Origin: Candidatus Cloacimonadales bacterium
GTDB taxonomy: Bacteria; Cloacimonadota; Cloacimonadia; Cloacimonadales; JAIOQZ01
Assembly (NCBI GenBank): GCA_963665815.1
Contig: OY762463.1
Location: 234,383-298,382, forward strand
Length of the DNA: 64,000 nucleotides
Reading direction: 5' to 3'
Both the position numbers and the translations under genes were made by a program. This document shows positions 55,683 to 64,000 of this stretch, in pieces. The stretch's first letter is position 1, and each line of letters starts with the position of its first letter. A model generated the notes under the pieces. That model was not told the origin of the DNA and ran no database searches. It was given only the letters and a program-made list of their open reading frames with translations.

Positions 55683-58600
55683 ATGAAAAAACAGGAAGCC
55701 GTAGAAAAGAAGTTCATTAGTCTGCAGACAAAATTCAGCTTACAGGCAGCAATGATCACAATTATTGTTGCAGCAATAATTACTGCCAGTCTGTACCTTA
55801 ATACAAGGTATCAGTTTCGTAAGGATGTATGGGAACGTCTGCATGATGTAACTGCCGTGGCTTCTATGCATATTGTACCAGATGATTTCAAGTCAATTAT
55901 GCACCCCAAGCAGGAGTTAACTCATTACAACCATGTAAAAAACAAGTTAAGTGAGCTGGAAAAAGCCGGAACGGAAATTAACTCTGTGTATCTGATAAAA
56001 GTAAAGGAAAGTACTTTATACTATGTAATCAGCGATTCTATTGAAGCATTACAGAGATCTCATTTAAGTGGAAAGAGAGATATTGAATACAAGATATGGA
56101 AGCATTTCTCAGAAACACACGAAACTGACATAAAGAACTACTTTTTTAATGATGCTGCCGGTGCCTGGCTAACGGGTTATGCAGCAATTACGAAGGGTGA
56201 AAAACTAATAGGACTGTTTGCAATAGAACTTGATGCTCATGAGATTATTATGAGAGAAAAGAAAATTATCTTTATTGCTCTGTTTATATTTGCCTGTACA
56301 ATTCCTTTATCGTTGTTTCTTGGTTGGTATAGAGGAAAAAAACTTACAGCTCCTTTAACAATGCTCAGGGAATCTGCAGAAAATATATCCAAGCATCATA
56401 TTGAGGAGGTAGAAGCTATTGAGTCAAATGACGAGATAGGGGAGCTTTCTTCTGCCTTTCAGATGATGGCAAAACAGTTAAAGCTGAGTTTTGAGAAAAT
56501 TGAGAATCAGAATAGATTTTTGCGTCAGGAAATTGACGAAAGGAAAATGGTAGAGTCGCAACTTAAAGAATATCGGGCAAAACTGGAAAATCTGGTTGAG
56601 CGAAGAACTGCCGATTTGATGGAAAATCAAAGAATATTGTCAACTCTGCTCTCTAACCTTCAGGGTATAGCGTACAGAAGAAATATGGATGAAAACTGGA
56701 CAATGCTTTTTACAAGTGAAGGTTTGTATTATGTCACGGGGTATTCACCTGAAGAAATGGTAGGTGGAAAAGGAATGTCATTTAAATCTATTATTCTTGA
56801 TGAGGATTTACCGGAACTTGAAAAAAAAATTATTAAAGCTGTTGAAAATAATCTTCCATTTGAACATAATTATCGAGTAAAAACTAAAGATAATCAGATT
56901 GTCTGGGTATGGGAACAGGGAAGAGCTATATATGACGACTCAGGTAAAGTCAGAACAATTGAAGGTTTTATTACGGATATCAATGATTTGAAAAAAGCAG
57001 AGGATGCTTTGATAGATTCAGAAAAGAAATACAGAATTCTTGTTGAGGATATCAATGATGTAATCTTCTCTATTGATTCGGATACAGCATTAACATACAT
57101 CAGTCCTCACTTCAAAATATTGACCGGAGTTGATCCTGCTAACGCTATAGGCTACAGATTAACAGAGTTTGTTTATGAAGAAGATTTACCTATTTTGATG
57201 GAAACAATTGAAGAAACCCTTTACGGAGAGCTCAATGCTGATACTGAGTTCAGGATAAAGACAGTTAAAGGTGATCCTATATGGATTCATTTCCGTGGAA
57301 GGAATGAAATTGCTGATGGTAAATTTGAAGGAATGCGTGGAGTTTTCTCAGATATCTCTGAACGGAAACAGGTTGAAGAGGATCTCAGGCATGCTAAAGA
57401 AGAGGCTGATGAAGCAAATAGAACAAAAAGTATATTCCTGGCAAATATGAGTCATGAGATTAGAACACCTATGAATGCAATTCTTGGTTTCACGGAGGTT
57501 CTTGAAGGAAAAATTAAAGATGAGACTCAGCTTGGTTACTTGAAGTCTATTTCTGCCAGCGGTAAAAATCTGTTGGGATTGATTAATGATATTCTGGACC
57601 TCTCAAAGATTGAAGTCGGTAAAATTGTACTGAATTATGATGTTCTTCATATTGAAACGTTAATGGAAGAACTCAAACAGATTTTCAAATGGAAGATAGA
57701 ACAGAAAGAACTTGAATATATATACGAAAAACAGGATAGCGTTCCGGAATCAATATTCTTTGATGAAATCAGATTAAGACAAATTCTTATGAATCTCATT
57801 GGAAATGCCATTAAGTTTACTGATGTGGGGCATATTAAAATATCATTATCTACTGAACAGAAGAGAGAAAAGCGTTGTAAGCTGGTATTTGAAATAATTG
57901 ATACAGGGATTGGAATTGAAGAGAACCAGCATTCCAGAATTTTTGAAGCTTTCAGACAGAAATCAGGACAGAATGAAGCAAAATATGGAGGAACCGGATT
58001 AGGTTTATCTATCACTAAGAAATTAGTTGAGTTGATGGGTGGAACAATTTCTCTGACAAGTCAAGTCAATGAAGGAAGCTGTTTCAGAATAGAGTTTCCT
58101 GATGTAGAAATGAGAGATAATAATGTCGTTAAGACAAAGACCAATGTTGATCCATCAATGATAGAGTTTGAAGAGGCTACTATTCTTATTGTTGATGATG
58201 TTGAACTTAACAGATCTCTTATTATGAGTTTACTGGAGAAGCATCATTTCAAGATGCTGGAAGCAACCAATGGTAAAGAGGCAATAGAAAAAGCTTTTGA
58301 TTATAAACCTGATTTAATATTCATGGATATGAAAATGAACATTATGAATGGTTATGAAGCAACTAAGTTCATAAAAGATGATGATGAACTTAAGAATATT
58401 CCGGTTGTTGCTGTAACAGCTTTTGCTATGAAGGGTGAAGAAAAAAGAATCTATGATGTAGGATGCGATGACATCATTTTTAAGCCTGTGTCAAATCTTG
58501 GATTGATTCTTGCTATGATGAAGTATATTCCTTATACTGAAATTGATACGATAATTGAGGAAGATGTCAGCAATGCCGATATCAATGAAGAAATTTCAAA

Positions 58601-58886
58601 AGAAGTATTGGAGAAACTACCTGAACTTGTTAAAATGATTAATTCCGATTTAATGAAAGATTGGGAAAGTCTCAACCAGACTCCAATAATCAGTAAAATG
58701 CAGGAGTTTGCCGGAAAGATTCAGCTTGTCGGAGAAGATTATGGTCTTGCTTTTCTGAAGAAATGGGGAGATACTCTCGTTAATCAGGCTCAGAACTTCG
58801 ATGTTGAGAATCTGCATAAAACTTTCGATAAGTTTCCTGATATGATTCAGAAAATAAAAGTTTTAAGTTTAATTAGTGATTCTTAG
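55683..58886 (+). CDS. hybrid sensor histidine kinase (2 TM, HAMP, 2 PAS, HisKA, HATPase, REC, helical tail)
   Basis: FLANMSHEIRTPMN, NLIGNAIKFT, GGTGLGL; receiver MDMKM. Confidence 0.95.
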   Translation: MKKQEAVEKKFISLQTKFSLQAAMITIIVAAIITASLYLNTRYQFRKDVWERLHDVTAVASMHIVPDDFKSIMHPKQELTHYNHVKNKLSELEKAGTEINSVYLIKVKESTLYYVISDSIEALQRSHLSGKRDIEYKIWKHFSETHETDIKNYFFNDAAGAWLTGYAAITKGEKLIGLFAIELDAHEIIMREKKIIFIALFIFACTIPLSLFLGWYRGKKLTAPLTMLRESAENISKHHIEEVEAIESNDEIGELSSAFQMMAKQLKLSFEKIENQNRFLRQEIDERKMVESQLKEYRAKLENLVERRTADLMENQRILSTLLSNLQGIAYRRNMDENWTMLFTSEGLYYVTGYSPEEMVGGKGMSFKSIILDEDLPELEKKIIKAVENNLPFEHNYRVKTKDNQIVWVWEQGRAIYDDSGKVRTIEGFITDINDLKKAEDALIDSEKKYRILVEDINDVIFSIDSDTALTYISPHFKILTGVDPANAIGYRLTEFVYEEDLPILMETIEETLYGELNADTEFRIKTVKGDPIWIHFRGRNEIADGKFEGMRGVFSDISERKQVEEDLRHAKEEADEANRTKSIFLANMSHEIRTPMNAILGFTEVLEGKIKDETQLGYLKSISASGKNLLGLINDILDLSKIEVGKIVLNYDVLHIETLMEELKQIFKWKIEQKELEYIYEKQDSVPESIFFDEIRLRQILMNLIGNAIKFTDVGHIKISLSTEQKREKRCKLVFEIIDTGIGIEENQHSRIFEAFRQKSGQNEAKYGGTGLGLSITKKLVELMGGTISLTSQVNEGSCFRIEFPDVEMRDNNVVKTKTNVDPSMIEFEEATILIVDDVELNRSLIMSLLEKHHFKMLEATNGKEAIEKAFDYKPDLIFMDMKMNIMNGYEATKFIKDDDELKNIPVVAVTAFAMKGEEKRIYDVGCDDIIFKPVSNLGLILAMMKYIPYTEIDTIIEEDVSNADINEEISKEVLEKLPELVKMINSDLMKDWESLNQTPIISKMQEFAGKIQLVGEDYGLAFLKKWGDTLVNQAQNFDVENLHKTFDKFPDMIQKIKVLSLISDS

Positions 58887-58896
58887 AAGGATAATA

Positions 58897-59841
58897 ATGA
58901 AGAAAATATTTTTTATTTTGTTTGCCGTTTTTACTCTGTTTTCCTGCAAAAATACCATAACAGGTAATATTGTGGATGGAGAAGGTAAGCTTCATTTTGT
59001 AACTGAATACAACAATGGAAACTACTTCGATAAAGTAGCCATAAGTGATGAGTATATTCTGGCTAATGATTCAGGGGACGGATTGTCACTGTTTTACGAA
59101 CCTAATTCATCATCTATTTCATTTCTCCATAAACTGTATGCTGATGCAGAGTCTGTTTTTTTCTTTGAGAACAGGTTTGTTGTATATTATAGTGGAGCAC
59201 TTCATTATTACGAAATAAACAGCTCAAATGATTCTGAATACATTACATCATATCCAATAGGAAGTATCAAGAAAGTGGAAAAATATGGAAATGACTTTTT
59301 TCTTCTTGGAACTAATGGGGATATCAGCAGAATACGTCTCTATGATGAAGAGTTTACTCTTATTTCTGAATATCCAATGTCTGATGCTGCTGTTGATATG
59401 GTTCTGATATATCCTGTTCTGGCAGTTGTTGATGATTTCTTCATTAACATTTTTGATATTTCAAATTCTGATTTCCTGAACCTTGAGCATACAACTGCTT
59501 TTATAGGAGCAAAAGCCATAGATGGATACAATGATAACTTATTCATTGCATCTGATATTGGTATTAAGCATTTTACACTGAATGATGATCAGGTACTTCA
59601 GGAAGTTAAAACTAAGGTTATCGGAAACAACTATACAAAGATCATTGTAGAATATCCTGAGATATATTGTGCTAACGGTTCCGGTGGAATTGATCTGCTC
59701 ACAATCACATCTGGGTCAATAGATTTTGTAGAAACATATGATTCAAGCGGAATTGTAGAGGATATTGCAGTAAAGGGAAGCTATGTATATATGGCAACCG
59801 GATATAATGGCATAGTAAAACTTAAATATAACTATTATTAG
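58897..59841 (+). CDS. lipoprotein, LVIVD-like beta-propeller
   Basis: Lipobox LFSC; DIAVKGSYVYMATGYNGI repeat. Confidence 0.75.
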   Translation: MKKIFFILFAVFTLFSCKNTITGNIVDGEGKLHFVTEYNNGNYFDKVAISDEYILANDSGDGLSLFYEPNSSSISFLHKLYADAESVFFFENRFVVYYSGALHYYEINSSNDSEYITSYPIGSIKKVEKYGNDFFLLGTNGDISRIRLYDEEFTLISEYPMSDAAVDMVLIYPVLAVVDDFFINIFDISNSDFLNLEHTTAFIGAKAIDGYNDNLFIASDIGIKHFTLNDDQVLQEVKTKVIGNNYTKIIVEYPEIYCANGSGGIDLLTITSGSIDFVETYDSSGIVEDIAVKGSYVYMATGYNGIVKLKYNYY

Positions 59842-59853
59842 AAAGGTAAAAGC

Positions 59854-60303
59854 ATGAGCGATGTAAAACTCACTGATTTAATGTCAAAGACTCATCCATC
59901 AAAAATGGAGACTTTGATTAAGACAACTATTTTTGCGGTAATTATTATTTTCTTTTTAATATTTCCTGTAATTGTGCTGTCTCAGTGTTCTCAAAGTAAA
60001 ATTCTGAATAGTGTTGAAATTGTCGACTGGACTACTGAAGAAGACTACGATACAATGATTATTAACTTCAAAATATATAATGGCACTGATTTAAGAATCA
60101 CGGAGCTGAATGTCAGAATAGAGTATGAAGATGGTTCATTTGAGCACATTGGACTTGATAGTAATAAGCAGATAAGTATTGATCCGGATTATACAGAAAA
60201 CTTGTTTTTGGCAAAACCTGTTTCACAGGAGATTATTGAAATAGTAATAAGCAAGGTTGGCGGATTCAGAGGTGATTCACATTTCATGTACATAAGAAAA
60301 TAA
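59854..60303 (+). CDS. hypothetical membrane-anchored protein
   Basis: One TM followed by a beta-rich domain; AAGG RBS. Confidence 0.65.
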   Translation: MSDVKLTDLMSKTHPSKMETLIKTTIFAVIIIFFLIFPVIVLSQCSQSKILNSVEIVDWTTEEDYDTMIINFKIYNGTDLRITELNVRIEYEDGSFEHIGLDSNKQISIDPDYTENLFLAKPVSQEIIEIVISKVGGFRGDSHFMYIRK

Positions 60304-60313
60304 AGGAGGGTAT

Positions 60314-63300
60314 ATGCCGAAAATTTTCAGGGCGGTAATAATCGGTATACTGTACTTAATTCTAACAATTTCTTCGCTATATGGCAGTTTTGAGGTTCTT
60401 ATTGAGAGTAATCAGCAGTTGTCAGTAAAATTCAAATTACCTGATTACACAATTGATGAAAACAGGAGGATCCTGTTCGAAAATAATCCTGAGCCTGATG
60501 TTGATCTTCAGCAGATGTTTGGCTTTTATGCTTATATACCAACAAATTGTGAGTATACGATAACTCATGAAGTAACTTCCCGTGAGAAGATGGACTTTAT
60601 TGCAGAGCAGGATAAAAATGATCCTGTTTTTATTTCTATGGATGGCTATTCCAGAGATCACAGAATGATATTAGTGAATGTAAATCCTCTATATGTAAAT
60701 GAAGATGCATCATATGTCAATGAAGAAGTGATTATCAATCTTTCTTTTACCCTGTCATCAGAGTTTACTGAGGGGGCGAATAACCACGAGTCATATAGCT
60801 TTGATCAATATGTCAGATCTTTGGTGATTAACAGAAATACGTTGCAATCAAACACTTCACAAAGAGGATCATACCTGATAATTCATCCGGATAATTTTTC
60901 TGTTACTACCGATATGTCTGATTTTATATTATGGAAGAAGATGAAAGGTCTTGAGGTGCACACTCGGGCTTTCAGCAGTAATTCAGCAAATACAGAAATA
61001 CTCCAGTATATAAGAAATGCTTATAATACATGGGATGTTGCTCCGGAATATGTGTTATTGCTTGGAAATGCTTCAAGCTCATTTGCTGTTCCAACCTGGT
61101 ATGAAGATTTTGGTAATAATATAGTCTATGGAGATCATCCTTATAGTCTGATGAACGACGGAGATATATTTCCAGACCTGCAGATTGGACGAATAACATA
61201 TGAAAGCGCTGGGCAACTTCGTTCAATTCTTACTAAAATAATCAATTATGAGTATAAACCTGATCGAGCAGGATCGGACTGGTTTGAAAGATTGCTTCTT
61301 GTTGGAGATCATATAGATTCTGGTTCTTCAACTGTTTTAACAATGCATTATGTAAATGATATGATGGATGACTTTCCGGTTGATTACTCCTATTCACTTG
61401 TATACAATCAACCATACGTCAATGGTATTCAAAACGCATTGAATAATGGTGTCGGAGCATATTTCTATCGTGGATTCGGGACATTCAGTCACTGGACAGA
61501 AACTGACACAGAAAATCTTCTTAATTACAATATGACACCATTAATATCTGCTATTACATGTTTTACAGGAAATTTTGATCAGGATTATGTTTCTTTTGTT
61601 GAGAAATTCCTGCATATCGGAACTCCGAATACTTCAAAAGGAGCAGTTGCAGCTTTAGGTTCTACTTCTGCAACTCACACATGCTTTAACAATATTATTA
61701 CTGCCGGTATTGCCAGTTCATTTTATCAGGACGGGAATTTTAACATTTCTGCCGGACTAAACAAAGGAAAGCTGCAGTTGTATAGAAATTATCCATGGAA
61801 TCCGGAATACTATGTGGATTGGTATACACTTGGTAAAGAGCATTTTGGTGATCCCGAACTTACTTTAAGATGCAAAACTCCCGGCATAATGACATCTGAG
61901 CATTCTGATACTGTTTCAATACATAACAACTTCTTTACCGGAGTAATAGAAGATGAAAACAGTATTGGTATACCTGATGCCTCTGTTACACTATATGATG
62001 CGGCAATAGATTCTTTTTTTACAGCTATAACAGATGCTAATGGTAATTACCGGATCAGTATAAATATTGATTCACAAACTGATCTGATGTTAACTGCTTT
62101 TCATCCTCAGATGATACCTTATGCAGATACAATATATGTGATTAATGACTATTCTGATATAGATTTAAGAAGCGAATTCACAGATAACATTATATCCGGA
62201 ACAGTAAACACACTTAGGTTCAGACTTATTAATAATACAAACTCGGATGTTCAGAACGTTACTGTAAGAGTGTCATGTGATTCTCAGTATGTAAATGTCA
62301 TTGATTCGGTTATATCCGTTACAAATTTACCTGCTGTATCGTCATCTGAATATAATGTTAATATTGATCCCGCATTTGCGATTTCAGATGGTGGTTCTCT
62401 TATATTGCATACTGAGATTGATTATGGAGATGTAACAGAAGCATTTTCACATTCATTCAATGTTGAAAATACGGTTCTTGAGATTGAGAGCATTAATTTG
62501 CAGACTATCCCATCTCCTCAGGCAGATATTGATTTCTCAATTGAACTTGAAAATATCAGTAATATTCCTGTTGATTCGCTGACAATGGAACTTGAAACAT
62601 TTGATAACAGGATAACAATCACAGATAGTATTGCATATTTACAGTATGTACTAGATAATTCAATGATTTTTGTAAATGATAATTTTACATTCAGTTTTAA
62701 CGATATTTATAATACGGAAGATTTTCATTTCTATATAAAATTCAGCAATAATAAGGGATTTTATCAGGAATCAGAGTTTGTTGTAGAGAATTTAGATCCT
62801 TCTTTAGATCAACCTACAGGTCCGGATCCTTATGGGTATATTGCAGTTAATAATAATGATGCGGCTGTATACCAGCCTGAAACATATGGCTGGATTGAAA
62901 TTGATCCAGAAAACGGTGGTTCCGGAACAGTTCTGGATATGGTCGATTATGATTATGAAGGTTCAGGTGATATGGTGACTGTTCAGTTACCGTTCAGTTT
63001 CAGATTTTACGGTGATCTCTATTACAATTTAAGCATATCTTCAAATGGATTCGTTATGCCGGGTATACACTTCAACTATGGTTGGATGAACAGGACTATT
63101 CCCGGTCCAATGGTTCCCAGACCAATAATTGCTCCTTTCTGGGATGATCTGTTAATCGGAGAAAACTCAAGAATATCTTACTTTGAAGATGATACTAATC
63201 ACACTTTTATTGTGCAATGGACTGATTTACTCAGCAGGTTTGATAATTCACATCAACGCTTTCAATTGATTATTTATGACAATGAGTATTATTCTCTTCC

Positions 63301-64000
63301 CGGAAGAGAGAACTCATTTAAATTCCAATATAGTGAAATACACAATACTGATCAAGGTAACTACGGTGGTTTCTATGTGGATCATGGGGAGTATGCAACA
63401 GTTGGTATCTGTGATAAAACAGGGCAGACAGGTCTTGAATACACATTTGCCAGCAGATATCCGGATACTGCACAACAACTGACCAATGGAACAGCTTTGA
63501 CTTTCAAACATAATTTTGAGACTCCTGATAACGCATTTGTCATCCTTGATGATTATTCATCTGTAGATGCAGATAATAGCGGAGAAGTAAACAACGGTGA
63601 ATCGGTGAATATGACTGTGAGTCTCAGGAACATTGGAAATCAGGATTGTGACTCTGTGACTGTAAGTTTTGAATCGGGATCGCAGTACCTTAGTATATCA
63701 ACTGACCCTGTAACAGAATACAATATTACATCAAATGCAGTTGCAGATGTTGATACTGATATAAACTTCTCAATAGATCCTCTATGCCCAAACAATGAGA
63801 ATGTCAATCTGTTTATTATAATAGAACATGATGGAAGAAGATCAGAATATGAGTGTTCCTGGATTGTGAAATCACCGGAATTGATTTATGAAAAATTCGT
63901 GTATGATGATAATGATAATAATCAAATTGAAACAATGGAGAGTGGTGATTTTCATATCATATTCAGAAAATCAGGTAGTATAGATATCCTGAATCCTCTA
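60314..64000 (+). CDS. large secreted C25 (gingipain-like) protein with Ig-like and NIDO-like domains; 3'-partial, not in the ORF track
   Basis: AGGAGG RBS then ATG 60314 (MPKIFRAVII...). My manual translation (to about 63150) shows YLIIHP, WKKMKG, PEYVLLLG, DHPYS...PDLQIGRI, ITCFTGNF, FGDP, GPDPYGY, LPFSFRFYG and IAPFWDDL. Its absence from the ORF track fits a frame with no stop before the window end. Confidence 0.9.
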   Translation, partial: MPKIFRAVIIGILYLILTISSLYGSFEVLIESNQQLSVKFKLPDYTIDENRRILFENNPEPDVDLQQMFGFYAYIPTNCEYTITHEVTSREKMDFIAEQDKNDPVFISMDGYSRDHRMILVNVNPLYVNEDASYVNEEVIINLSFTLSSEFTEGANNHESYSFDQYVRSLVINRNTLQSNTSQRGSYLIIHPDNFSVTTDMSDFILWKKMKGLEVHTRAFSSNSANTEILQYIRNAYNTWDVAPEYVLLLGNASSSFAVPTWYEDFGNNIVYGDHPYSLMNDGDIFPDLQIGRITYESAGQLRSILTKIINYEYKPDRAGSDWFERLLLVGDHIDSGSSTVLTMHYVNDMMDDFPVDYSYSLVYNQPYVNGIQNALNNGVGAYFYRGFGTFSHWTETDTENLLNYNMTPLISAITCFTGNFDQDYVSFVEKFLHIGTPNTSKGAVAALGSTSATHTCFNNIITAGIASSFYQDGNFNISAGLNKGKLQLYRNYPWNPEYYVDWYTLGKEHFGDPELTLRCKTPGIMTSEHSDTVSIHNNFFTGVIEDENSIGIPDASVTLYDAAIDSFFTAITDANGNYRISINIDSQTDLMLTAFHPQMIPYADTIYVINDYSDIDLRSEFTDNIISGTVNTLRFRLINNTNSDVQNVTVRVSCDSQYVNVIDSVISVTNLPAVSSSEYNVNIDPAFAISDGGSLILHTEIDYGDVTEAFSHSFNVENTVLEIESINLQTIPSPQADIDFSIELENISNIPVDSLTMELETFDNRITITDSIAYLQYVLDNSMIFVNDNFTFSFNDIYNTEDFHFYIKFSNNKGFYQESEFVVENLDPSLDQPTGPDPYGYIAVNNNDAAVYQPETYGWIEIDPENGGSGTVLDMVDYDYEGSGDMVTVQLPFSFRFYGDLYYNLSISSNGFVMPGIHFNYGWMNRTIPGPMVPRPIIAPFWDDLLIGENSRISYFEDDTNHTFIVQWTDLLSRFDNSHQRFQLIIYDNEYYSLPGRENSFKFQYSEIHNTDQGNYGGFYVDHGEYATVGICDKTGQTGLEYTFASRYPDTAQQLTNGTALTFKHNFETPDNAFVILDDYSSVDADNSGEVNNGESVNMTVSLRNIGNQDCDSVTVSFESGSQYLSISTDPVTEYNITSNAVADVDTDINFSIDPLCPNNENVNLFIIIEHDGRRSEYECSWIVKSPELIYEKFVYDDNDNNQIETMESGDFHIIFRKSGSIDILNPL

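Overview
AT-rich bacterial chromosomal window, probably from Cloacimonadota or a related FCB-group anaerobe. This is inferred from the FlgD-Ig/T9SS-like C-terminal sorting domain, the gingipain-like C25 protein and the lipid A genes. About 50 CDSs are supported; no rRNA, tRNA, CRISPR array or transposase was seen. Content: several signalling genes (TPR-HisKA, REC-REC-PPDK_N, a MASE1/HK/RR/hybrid-HK operon, a diguanylate cyclase, a HAMP-PAS hybrid HK), aroA, an RNA methylase, tldD/pmbA, tsaB, an MBOAT plus SGNH-like pair, pfkA, lpxB plus DUF374, a pyrB-C-K-D-R-F operon, a LysM/TPR plus SLT-M23 peptidoglycan pair, a ThrC-like/xanthine-dehydrogenase-family/PreA-like operon, secreted proteins, and a 3'-truncated C25 gene absent from the ORF track. 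Most notable: (1) a PyrR-binding hairpin that sequesters the Shine-Dalgarno of a 7-codon leader ORF, with no attenuator, suggesting a translational relay onto pyrB; (2) a molybdoenzyme operon flanked by a threonine-synthase homolog and a DHODH/PreA homolog, both with altered active-site motifs, a candidate uncharacterised N-heterocycle catabolic pathway; (3) a 178-bp MITE with 16-bp TIRs and a TGA target duplication nested in a related element; (4) a bifunctional SLT plus M23 lipoprotein paired with a barrel-like LysM/TPR protein.
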